Part shown: piece after piece, positions 30,621 through 42,183 of the stretch
How the letters are laid out: each line of letters starts with the position of its first letter
Position numbering within the stretch: position 1 is the stretch's first letter
Assembly: GCA_049999805.1 (NCBI GenBank)
Contig: JBNGIO010006356.1
Span: forward strand, 1-64,000
Direction: 5' to 3'
Length of the DNA: 64,000 nt
Source: Folioceros fuciformis
Taxonomy: Eukaryota
Notes under the pieces: generated by a model
The model's database searches: none
The model's input: only the letters and a program-made list of their open reading frames with translations
Told to the model about the DNA's origin: nothing
Position numbers and translations under genes: made by a program

Positions 30621-32742
30621 GCCGTATTTAGCTCTGCAAATCGGAGCCAGAGGCAGGGTTCCAGTGATTTAGCATCATGTTGCACGATTTGGTTTTGTTT
30701 GGAGTGTACACAAAGATGTGCACCCGGACACGTTTAACAACACGTGCCCGATACCTTCGTTTCAATGTTGAGTGACAGGACTCAAAAACCTTTGTCGGGT
30801 GACAGTTAGCTCATTGCATCTCAAACCGACTCTAAGACTTGTACATGATGGCATCGCTGTTGCAGAATGCTTGAACCGGTTGGGCTTGTTGCAAAACTTC
30901 GAGTGCACTAGCCTGATGAAAACTCCGCGATTTCATACTAGAACGACGGAGCGAAGGGAGAACGATGGAAAGAGAGCTCGGAGTCAACTGGAGAGCATGC
31001 AGGCCAAAGCTTCTGTCAGGATCAATGCTCTTGACATCTTGTCTTCTTCTTCTACACCCAGGAAGAGAAAGAAGTCAGGTTATGCGTGGTAGCCGAATCT
31101 CAGGTCTGGGCCACGTGACATCAAGAGAAGATTCCGGATCCTGATCTGCTCTGAGATAAGAGGCCGCTGTCTCCGCCGAATTTATGCACTTCACAAATGA
31201 CAACTGAGGTCCTTCCTGTGCTCCGGGCACAGGACGAACGTGTATGCTCCAGTCCATCCGGCTGGCAGCAGTCATGAATCCAGCAGTCCATGACCATCAT
31301 GAAAGATTTTGTGAACGGATACTACTTGAAATGGTTACAGACGCGGGCACCGAGACACGCTTACAACTGCGAGCTGAGCCTCGTGTAGGGTGACTGACAT
31401 CTGCCAGTAGAGTAGATAGACCTACCAATCCTTTGTAAAGCCACGAAAAAATGCAGAGAGTAGTAACTATCAAACCTCGGAAAACTTTGCGAGCTTTGCT
31501 GGATTTAGCTCGCACTGCAGATTCAGCTTGCGTCTTCTCATTGTCATGTACATGCACACACCCCATGATAGACGGAATGTTTGCTTTCTTGCATGCTCGC
31601 TCCACAAGGATAATTAATACCTTGACCAAAGGATCGTTGGCTGAATGTGTACCTCCACACAACAAACAACCTGGAGACGTGAGTCCACGTCTCCAGGTTG
31701 ACAGTCAGAGTAGGAGTCTCATGCTGAAGTAATCCAACTGTCCATCAGTAAAAGGGACCCGAGAGCAGTCCCATCCCTGTACCATTGGGGCGGCTGAAAT
31801 CGACAGGGGAATTACCACACTCAAGCTGTGCAAGTCGCGGGTGAGAACAACAGAGGTCACGGTTGAACTTTGGTGAAGAACCGTTGTGAAGGTCCGTGTC
31901 CAGGGTTCAGCCTCACCATCTGGAAGCTGTAGGTAGATGTAACGAGGTACACAGTATCAACAACATCGTGGCGCTCCAACACATGAATGTCCCTCCCCTG
32001 TACAGCAGGTGGTACCAGGTCTGAAGTTTACTTCTCGGGTATGGGATAATCTGACTTTCTGAAACAGAGCCACCAAATATCTCTCCAACTGTCGATTACA
32101 ACTTTGTGTTCAAGTGGTCGGTGAAACCCCTCACGATGTCGTCACAACTTTGTTTGAAAGACTGGATCAGGGAGGGTGTGGCAGCTGATTGTCGAAAGGT
32201 CATGAAGGAACGGGAGAAAGTTGTCTTCCTTGGCCACACCTTTTGCTCAAGAGGAATAACCGTCTGGAATGACGGCATTCACCCAGGATGGACCGGTAAT
32301 CAATTCAGAGGCCTGAAACTAATGTGAGTCTCTGGCCGAAGCCCGAGAGTGATCCGCAAGTTCAACCTGGTGCATTCAAAACATGAAGCCATCCAACAAA
32401 TGTACATTGCTATCGTCCTCGACAGTCAAGTGCACGAAAGGGGATAGTTCAGTCTACACACTTAGACACAGGAGACTCTCATCAAACTCGCCAGGCAGTA
32501 GACAAACGAACAGCCCAGGTGTTATTGACCACCAAGACTCCTTGCAGATGTCTGCTCATCTGCTTTCACGAATCGGTCTACACGTGCAACGATATCAATC
32601 AATGTACAGCCCAGTCTTCCTCCTCCTTCTTGGGCTCTGCGCTCAAATGGCACAACCATAGAAGGTTCAATTTCAAATCACCATCCAATTAGTATAGAAT
32701 GCAGAGTAATTAGGTCAGAGAGGGATTGGAAGGCAGGAAGGG

Positions 32743-33667
32743 TTAAGAAACCATCGTGTAACTCTGCGAGCAAGCATACCCAACCAACATCCCCAAGCAC
32801 GCTCCTGCAGCTACTTGCAAAGGCGTGTGCCCTAGCAGCTCTTTCAATTTCCTTTGACTGATGGGATGGCCTTGGAACAAATCCTCCACAATTATGTTCA
32901 GTATCTGTCCAACAAAGCCACCGGGGTTCAGTAAAACCCTGGGAACGGGAAACCCAGAACCAGGACCCCAAAAAAACCCAAACGCGAGTGAAACCCACCT
33001 CCGCCTGCATCCCAGCATGCCGTCTCACTCCAGTCGCGTCGTACATGACAATAAGGCTAAATCCCAGGCAAACAGGGAAGAGGGCGTCGCTCACACCGTG
33101 ACAGAGTGCCACGGACGTGGTCAACCCAATACACAGAGCGGAGTGCGAGGACGGCATTCCCCCAGACCCGATCAACATTTTCAAATCCCACCTCCGCTCC
33201 ACGAAATACGTAGTGAACACCTTCAAGGTCTGCGCCAGCGCCCAGGCCAGCATCCCCGACATGAAGATAGGGTTGGCGCGCAGGGCCTCAATAAAGGGAC
33301 TGATGTGGCTCCTGGCCACAGCCGACGTGCTGAGCAGGGCCAGCCCCAGACTCCCCTGTCTGCTCAGCGTCTCCCGCACCTCCTTCTTCCAATCCGTGCT
33401 CTCCTCCTCCTTACTCTGCCTCCGAAACCTAACAGCCCCCCGAGACCCAGCCACCAGCGGGTGCTGCTGCTGCCGACGCTGCTGCTCCTGCCACGACGTG
33501 CGCAGAATGCGCACCACAGGAAGAGGCAGGGGCCAGGCACGCATCGCCATCGCCTGGAGGCAGGGCGCGCAGGGCAGCGAGCCCCTGCTCTGGGCCTGCT
33601 CCTGCTCCAGCCTCCATACCTCCGCTCCTGCTGCCGCTCCCTGGACGCTGGCAGCCAGGTTGGCCAT
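32743..33667 (-). CDS. DUF212 / acid phosphatase-vanadium haloperoxidase-related membrane protein, probable plastid transit peptide
   Basis: Motifs GGMPSSHSA, VMYDATGVRRHAGMQAE|ILN and LKELLGHTPLQV. Exon 1 33667-32999, exon 2 32904-32743. Confidence 0.9.
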
Positions 33668-34418
33668 CCCGTCTTCCTACCTACCAAGAGCACCTTCTCC
33701 ACAACCAGCCCCTCGGTAGGAACGATGCGATGGTGGCCCCGGTCTCACCTCATCTGCCCTTGCAGGATACATCCAACCGCAGCAATTCTTGCACGGGAAC
33801 GCAGCGCCCGGCAGCAGAGTCCAGCGAAGGGAACCTGAGTTGCAGCCACTAGCATATCCCCCAGGAATGTCATATGACACAGAGTCGACCCAGTCAGTAT
33901 ATGCGTGGCGTAACTGCAGTTGGGGATAAAGTGTTTTCGTATTGGAGTAAATCGATACTGCGGTGGGTAAGGAAGTGTGTGACCTCGGGTCGGCGACGGC
34001 AGGAGCGCGGCAAGGAAGGCGGCAGATTCTCGTCGATTTGGAGCTTCCGCCAGTTGGAGCAGGAAGGTGACAGTTTAGCGGCTGGGAAAGTCCCGAGGAA
34101 TGTAACATCAACGCTGATGGTGTGGCGGGAACAGCGCTTACTGTATACTATCTAGGGCAAGCGGGGGAAGCTGTCGGGGACGCGGCATGGAGCTTTGACC
34201 TCGCTTTGTCTTGTCTATGGCCGGTTGGAATGGTCCCATCGGGAGTAGGATTCAAATTGGCTCTCCAAAACGAAGCTTTTCTTGGACTGTCGTACATCGC
34301 CACCCAGGGCCTGATTCTACACAGCAGGCTGCCTCCCCATGTCAGGGCTTCCGGGAGGAGCAGGATCTGTATTTTTGCTCCCTTGTGCGTGCAGAAGCTG
34401 ACGGAGCAGCCAACGACC

Positions 34419-36172
34419 ATGACTGGGCAGTGCACCGATTCCGGGCAGGATGATATTTGGGGCTTTGAATCGCACCTGAATCCTGCCAAGTATCGGAAGG
34501 GAGTGGTTCTAGGTGTGGATGGTGGTGCCACGTCGACTGTGTGCGTCTGCGTGGCTGTGCCGCTGCCCTTGTTCCTCGGGGATCCTCCCCCGGTTCTCGC
34601 GCGGGCAGTCTGCGGAAGCTCCAACCAGAACAGCGTGGGAGGTAGTAGAAATAACATTCTGCTGTCCGAGAGTGTGGAATTCCAGCTCTGAGCAGGGTAT
34701 TCTGTGTGGAGTTTGCTGACGTCGAAAATTGGTGCTTGAGCATGTCTCATTTTTATCTTCTGTAATTGCCGCCCACAGAGGAAGCATCGAGAAAGGCCAT
34801 AGAGCAGGCCATGGCCGGAGCGTTGCGTCAGGCAAATCTTCCCCGGTCTGTGGTGCAAGCTGTGTGTTTGTCTCTCGCTGGGGTTGACCGACCCTGCGAT
34901 GCAAAACGTGTACTATCATGGCTTAGGTGTGTTACCGTACTCGCTGCTTCCCTGGACCTGACTTCAGCCGGTATTTTATTTGTTCTCTGCAGTCGATTAT
35001 AGCATCCAGGCTCTGTGTCTGCTTGTGCATGTGCATGAACAAAGGGTGAACCGAAGTCGGAGTCAGAACTAACTGCCCTGGATTTTCCCCTTGAGTGCAG
35101 GGAGATCTTCCCCTTGAGTGTCGATCTCTCGGTATACAATGATTCTGTAGCTGCTTTGGCCAGCGGAACTGGTGGTCACGTACATGGTTGTGTCCTTATA
35201 TCTGGCACTGGCACAATTGCTGTAGGCTTTACTGATGATGGTAGGCAGGCTCGAGCTGCGGGTAATGGACCCTTGCTTGGGGACAAGGGCAGGTCAGTAG
35301 TACTTGAGTCCAAGGTCATAGCACTTCGCACAACCATTTGCTTCCTGGTCTGGGACTGAAATATGTTGCGACTGGTGTTAGCGGATATGCCATAGGTCAA
35401 CAGGCTTTAGCTGCAGTTATGAGGGCACATGATGGAAGAGGCCCAGCAACTGCCTTGAAGGCTGCTATTCTTGACAAGCTTCATCTTCGAGCAGCTGACG
35501 ATCTCATTGGGTAAGCTAAGGAATATTGTGCACTCTTGCTCTCAGTTTCGCACTTCATAATCTTTTAGGTGTAAATGCAGGGCATGTTCTAACTTGATGC
35601 TGAGCAGCTGGGCTTATGCAGACTCTTCATGGGCTCGTGTAGCTGCACTGGTGCCCACTGTGAAACGGTGTGCGGCAGCAGGTGATGTAGTTGCAATCAG
35701 CGTGTTGGGCGACGCTGTACAGGAGCTTGTGAATACTGTCCGGGCTGTTGTGAAGGGCCTTCGTCTGGGTGGGGCAGGTATTATTCTTTGATACTATGAG
35801 TCAAAAATTGTGCCGAGTTAGTTGCCTTTTCCTAGCGGGAAGTAAACCTGATGTGGTTTTCATATTTCGGGGGTGGGCAGATGGTAAGGACTCTTTTCCG
35901 CTGGTTATGGTCGGTGGAGTCTTGGAAAACGAGGATGGTTGGGACTTGAGAAAACCTCTTGTTCGCAGCATCTGTGAGGAGTTCCCTGGGGCTCAGCCAA
36001 TCTCGCCCAAGGTCATATGCTTTTACTCAAACAGTCGCTTGGTCATGAAGCCTTTGCTCTGGCACTGTTCTCACACCAAATGACGGTGTTTTTTCAGGTG
36101 GAACCTGCTGTCGGTGCTGCCATGGTAGCTTGGTCTCAATGTTTGGATTTGGTGGAAACCCAACACCATTAG
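34419..36172 (+). CDS. GNK: N-acetylglucosamine kinase (BadF/BadG/BcrA/BcrD ATPase family), multi-exon
   Basis: Motifs LGVDGGATST, SNQNSVG, VYNDSVAALASGT, ISGTGTIA, GPLLGDKGSGY, WAYADSSWARVAALVP, LVMVGGVL and VEPAVGAA. Stop TAG at 36170-36172. Confidence 0.9.
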
Positions 36173-36813
36173 CTGTTTCTTTCGACCTCGTCTTGTGGCC
36201 AGTAGAATCAACTAGACGGCTTCTAGGTGCATTCTTTGTACAGTTTTCTTGTCACAACAGCGCGAGCGGAAGTTCTATTTGTATGGTCTGTTCATGGATA
36301 GGGGATTCTCTGCTTTCATGGAGAGGGCTTGTTCATGGTTTCTTTGTTCAGGGTACAACCTAGTTCAAAATTAATTCATGTACGTCGCAAACCAGCTCTC
36401 CTTTCGAGAGAAAGAGGCTCTCACGCGCGCTACCTCATCTTCTCCTCTTCTCTTGGTAAAAGCTTCACGTAAACCCCAAGCGAGGTCAAGCTGGCCTCAA
36501 TTTAGGGACGACAATACGAAGCCCATACCTGATTCGTCTGATGAGTCTGACTCCGTCCGTACGAGAGTGTGGGGTGTACCACCATCATCAGACTGTTCAT
36601 GGCTTGGCAGAAACACGATGTGGGAACTTTTTTGTCACATGTGATGTTCCACTTTTCGAAATTGGCTCTTCATGCGATTTGGTTTCTCCAGCAGCCATTT
36701 TGTGGCCATGCTGCATTATTCACTTGCTACGCCGGAACCGAGAAAGACAAGCATAAACCTGCAGGACATTGCAAAAGAATAATATAAAAAATATACCGAG
36801 GTTGTAGAATAAG

Positions 36814-36851
36814 GCCGTCTTAGCTCAGTGGTAGAGCGCGTGGCTTTTAAC
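36814..36851 (+). tRNA. tRNA-Lys(UUU), 5' half only; the 3' half falls in the assembly gap
   Basis: gccgtcttagctcagtggtagagcgcgtggcttttaac gives the acceptor 5' strand, A-box/D-arm TAGCTCAGTGGTAGAGC and anticodon loop CTTTTAA, immediately followed by Ns. Confidence 0.85.
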
Positions 36852-37810
36852 NNNNNNNNNNNNNNNNNNNNNNNNNNNNNNNNNNNNNNNNNNNNNNNNN
36901 NNNNNNNNNNNNNNNNNNNNNNNNNNNNNNNNNNNNNNNNNNNNNNNNNNNCTCCATAAAGTCCAGCTTAGCACTAACTTGCTGATAATGCAACATTCAG
37001 TGCCTTACGTGTAACCATAAATTGGGTACCATGGTCACCATTGTCTACCACATGTTGTGATGGTCTTAAGAAAAGAGATGAGGTGGGCAAGTGGTCACCC
37101 TAGTTTCCACAAGCATGATTGCAAAGGAAAAAAATTTCTTAAATTTCTTCCTATTGAGGGATATGTAAAAAAAACTACGCAGCACTAAAAACTACGCAGC
37201 ACGTGTACTAGGCACAATTCAATGGAACCTAAACCCTAAAACTTAATAAAAAATGAGGACAAGGTACATTTTCAAAGTGATTAATGTGATAAAAAAATCA
37301 ATCAAAAATCTATTTAAGATGGAACATGAAGTACATATTGTTGTGGATGACATAGCAAAACTATTGTGGAGCTTGATTGAATCATTTATGATTTCATACA
37401 AGATTAGCTAACTAGCTATGTACCGACTGAACTCGAGCTGCCCTTTGTCTTGGGAATGATCGAAGGCCCGTGCAAAATCTTTTGAAAAATATAAAAGCAC
37501 CAAAAAGTGCAACTAGTTCATATTCTTTCCGTAGCTCGTAGTGGCAAAAATCGAGGTAGGAAAGTAAAAGTCTGTTTATGGATTGTTGTGGCTGGTACTT
37601 GGCAGAAGAAGTAGCTAGACGTTAGTGTAGGTGCATTTCTTGTGCACGCCGTTGTTACAATAAGACGATCTCGACAGGAGCGGTTCTTGGTCCAGAACAG
37701 GAATATAGACATCGTTTCTTCACACTCAAGAAATGGCACTAATAATTCAACACGAGGATGACCACAGGTAGGTGGCTGTTGCAGCGCGAATCCGTCTTCA
37801 TCTTGTAGCT

Positions 37811-38631
37811 CTACCGCCCGCCCTCGCCCACCCGCCGTCGTCCCACTAAGATGGACGACATCACCTGTAACTGGAGGCAGAGAAGGAGTGCTTTCAATCA
37901 GCAGAGAAGCACGGGCAACGACGCGACATGGATGGTGTGACTGGGTTAGGGCTAAGTTTGAGAATTATGCACCTGTTGCACCTGCTGTCGAATCAAATGG
38001 ACTATTCGTCGGTGTTGTTCCTCCATCCTCCGGTCCGCACGATACATGCTGACGACGCCTGAGATGGTCCCGACCAGACTGAAACTGGCTACAGTCATGC
38101 CCGCAATCAAACCAGCCCATAGGCCGCCGTGCCCGCTCTCGAAGGAGTTCCTGCAGGATCCATTCCCTCCAGACCTGCGAGGACCTATGTGCTCAATTTC
38201 AAGCTCTTTGATGAACGCTTTCGGTAGCTATTTGCTCCACAGTGACTCCGGACTGCATCGCATTGTGGACAGAAGGCTGCCAGCCCCTGCTTACTAAATT
38301 CCAGCTTCCGCATTCGGGCAGTGCCTGAAGCATACGAACCGTTGCGTGAATATGCACAGACTGTAAGCTGAGGAAGCCAACGGCCGCTCGGAGACAAACC
38401 GTTCCGGTATCCGGATAATGTAGCATCCTGCAAAGTGAGCAGTGAGCGACCTCAGGCACGGGCTCTTTCCTCTTTCACCATGGACATGCGACCACAAAGT
38501 TAGCAAACATACAACTTGCTCGTAGTCGAAGTACCCTGGAGAAAGCAGGACGCAGAGGTCCCTCCAGCCGCGTTAAGGGGCAGAGGCATGGAGGTTAATG
38601 CACTGAATCCACTTGCCGATCCACGGAACAT
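37811..38631 (-). CDS. Hypothetical small multi-exon protein with one predicted transmembrane segment
   Basis: Four GT-AG-joined exons can be spliced in frame (MFRGSASG...SKL/MLHYPDTG...SWNL/LPKAFIKE...GLWAGLIAGMTVASFSLVGTISGVVSMY...QVQQ/VMSSIL...GGR*). No recognised homology. Confidence 0.35.
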
Positions 38632-38953
38632 TGCTCAGCATGCGGGCCTTCTTGGTACCATTTCCCTTGTCCTCATTATCTGCTTATCAGGCATCTACAC
38701 GGCGTACGCTGTACAGTGCACGTCCAAGACGTCGGCGGTCACCAGGAACACTATCGAGCTGCAAATTTTTCTGGTGACCCTGGGTTTGCGTCACCCTGTT
38801 TAGGTTGGAGGCGATGATTTTCTCAAGAGGGCATACCCAGGGTAATGTAGTCTGCGACGCAGATTAAATCATTCAAATTAATTTATCTTATGAAAAAAAA
38901 AATTCGGCAAATGGAAGCCCAAAACCATGGCCCTCGACAGGTCTATGTACTTC

Positions 38954-41900
38954 TCAAATGTCGCTGTCTGCCATCGTCGCCGACTGTGTGGCATGAAAAC
39001 ATAACCTCCAAAACCTTCCAAGCGAGACTGCTGGTTGAGGTAGGGGTGGAGGCTTCTTGAAGCTCAGACTTGAAGGTAGACTGTGTTGACAAGAAATGAA
39101 ATGAAATATCAGTGTCAATCCACGAAAGTCAATGGATCAACTGTTTGGCACTTTGCAAGATGTCGGAATGAAACCTTCTCACCTTCCCCCACTGAGGACC
39201 TTGTACGTGTGCTCTCTCACGCTCGAAAGGCCCAAGGCACCCATGAGATGCTCCATGAAGGGCCACAGTAGATCTCCTGCCACAATGTCACTTCGTCTTA
39301 ATCCACTGACTACAGGAGAGGTTTATCAAGCAATAGCATGCGAATCGGTCAGCAAGAAAGTCGCGACAAATACCTGCTGTGGCATGCTTCCCACCCAATT
39401 TTGTCACAAGCCTGGACGATATCGGCACGGCCGACGAGTCTTGGGTCCTGAAGCTGTTTCTTGGGATGGAGGTGGCAGTCGATAGATTCTGGAACCATAT
39501 ACCAGAGGGGAATCTTTGTGGCCTGAGCAGCCAGTTAGCGACTTCGACGTATGGAAATCTATGGACTGCTTCGATAAGAACTTGCAGGCTGTAGCTTATC
39601 ATAGAAAGGCAAACATGGATAATAGTGAAGAACATGTAAAAGGCTGATACAGTGGGCAGAATGAGAAGCAAGGGGGTGAACATCAAGGACGCCACCACAA
39701 TTTCTTCCACCGAGCAATCATAGGAATCCAAACGTCCTCTCAAGGGGTTATGTTTACGTCCCCTGTTACAAAAACAAGCATTGACCAGTTAGATGCTACC
39801 CCAAAAGTTATGAAAACAACGCAGCTACGATGAAGATCAGCACCTAAACAATCGCAATAACGACGATAGTGATCGAAGCTGAAAGGAGTATACGCAGGCC
39901 AATGCTCTGTGGAGCATTGACAGATGGAGAGTGAAGAGAAGAAGCATGTCCACAAGTGTGGCTGCCTGCAACGTGATGCCCATCAGTATTCCAGATATGG
40001 CGACAATTTGTAAGATGATGTCAAACCCTGGCAGAATAGAATAGCACAAGGTTGACCACGTGTGTATCACGTGAAGAGATACTGTCCCTAGCACCCCAGT
40101 TAGTTCAGTATTCAGCTTGAAACCTGCTGGTACTCCCATTAGCCAAATAGAGCCCGAGCGCATAATGTCGTTGGTTAAGAACTGAGCCAGGCTGAGCATG
40201 CAATTCTGAACATGGACTCTGTTGATAAGCAGGAACATGCCTGCAAGCGCTCCAAAAAGTATATCAGAACAGACGGCCACAACAGTTGCATATTTAACAA
40301 GTGACAGTCTGTGAGCCACTGAAGCATCTGGCAGGTGTGGCCTGCATCAACAGTGTCGATCGGTGAGAACTCTGACCTGACTCCACACACGGCCACTAAC
40401 CAATAAAATGCATCAGGGCAAACATCTTACCCCGTGCCACCCCACATCAAGATAACTGGCCAAGCCCTCAATTCCTTGCATCGGAGGTGCAGGTTGCTCA
40501 GAGTGTGACTTGTTGGGAAAGACTTCGCACACGGCCAGGTCCGTAACCGGATGTCTAAAAAGCTACCAGCTTGAGCCAACAATAACATTGCCGTAGCATA
40601 TGAAGCTAATGCCATTGCTGACAGAAACCACAATTTGAAAAAGAGACTGAAGAAACTGTGTCAGCAGCATGTACGAACTACAAATTCACCAGATCTTCTG
40701 AAATCATCATTAGTGCCGGCTTATCAACCTACAGAGAAATCATAACCAGTTTCGACTTGTGAACCTACACAGAAATCATGATAAGTTCTGTTTTATCAAC
40801 CTACAGAACAGTCAGCTGCTTACCTTGAAGAAGTCTCGTCAGATTTTGGACATCGACCGAGGGACAGCCAGCAGTTTGGAACGGCCGGATTGATAAAGTT
40901 CGAGCAATTGAGTTGAGATATTATCCGATCCTGAACAAGGACTAATCATTCAGAACAAGCTGCAACATAGTCGAAGCTGCAAGGAACGAACAAAATGCGT
41001 GTGCACAGCCGACGACCTTCCTGGACCAGAAGATCCTGATCAGTGAAAGCATTGTTTCGTACCATGTTTGGAGCGCCATGCTGCTCCTCGAGAAGCAGAA
41101 CCCACTGAGGTTTCTTAGGACGGTTCCTGAGAACTTGGCCTCGGTCAGTGACATGCTCAACGCTCGGAAATGATACCAAATACTTCCATGCCCGAGAGGA
41201 GAAGTGGTGGCTCCAGAATTGGGGCTGCTCGTAAGTCACAATCTGCATTTCCGTCACCGTGAAGTGAGAACAAGCGCCCCTTTCATGATATTCATTGAAA
41301 ATCTGGAGGGCAGAGCGGGGGTTGCCACCTACATGGGCATTGATTGAGCTGCAGGGGAAATCAACATGCAGGGCAAGCAAAAACGGAAATGCCTGAACTG
41401 AGGAATCCCGCCCGTGTTCCGGGAAGAGCGCAATTTCAACCCAGATAGCAGATTCGCGAGACAAAGATCTCGATCGTGACTTGAGTTCCGGACCAGAAAC
41501 ATCCTCCGAATAGCACGACAATGATTGGGAAGCCACACGCGCTTTGTCTGCACACTTCCCTGGAACATCCAAATTCTCGGAACAGCCTGGTTCTTTGTCA
41601 TCGTCCGAGAGGATCAGTCCACTTAACCCGCAAATTTCCCCGACGATAGCAGGTTTCTCTCCCTGCTTCAAGATGTCGGGAAGCCGATGCCACAGCCTCT
41701 CTAAGTTTGTCTGCCAAAAGTGATCCTTATTCAGACATCCTGAGAGTCTCAACTACCAACCAATGTTCCCACAGTACAGGCAATTTGTTGACAAAAATTT
41801 CAGAAAACGAACCCAAACGCCTGAGAAACCAAGGTTAGCCGAGGAACGACCTGCAAGGCGGGATCGTAGGATGCCTGATCCAGGGAACATGTACCGGCGA

Positions 41901-42015
41901 TGACTAGGTCCAAGCATACATCACTCCAGTTGACCCAGCCCACCAAACCCAAGCTGCCACTCTGTGGATTGCAAAGATGCTGAGGTAGCCACACCCGACA
42001 ATGCTGAAGCTGCAT
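38954..42015 (-). CDS. PIG-Q: Phosphatidylinositol N-acetylglucosaminyltransferase subunit Q / GPI1, multi-exon
   Basis: N-terminus MQLQHCRVWLP. Gpi1 domain motifs RSGSIWLMGVPAGFKLNTEL, SLLRLFR|GRKHNPLRGRLDSYD and SLMFTPLLLILPT. Last exon ends ...FWRLCFHA...DI-TGA at 38954. Confidence 0.9.
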
Positions 42016-42030
42016 CCTCCTCTCCAGCTA

Positions 42031-42046
42031 AAACCCTAAACCCCTA
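42031..42046 (+). promoter_or_regulatory. Telo-box (AAACCCTAAA) in the short PIG-Q/DPH2 divergent intergenic region
   Basis: aaaccctaaacccta-like motif. The two ATGs are only about 170 bp apart (42015 and 42184). Confidence 0.5.
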
Positions 42047-42183
42047 TGATGCAAATTCCCTCATGCAAGTTGTGTCAAAAAAAGATGGTGCACCTTCTTT
42101 GGAGTAATTAGGATCCTCCATCTACGGGTTCTGGGAATAGCTATTTGCACCGATGCAAACTGGGCGTTGACATTCGAGGCGAC

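Noticed and set aside
32861-33838. 325-aa plus-strand ORF
   Set aside because: Antisense shadow of the GC-rich DUF212 gene.
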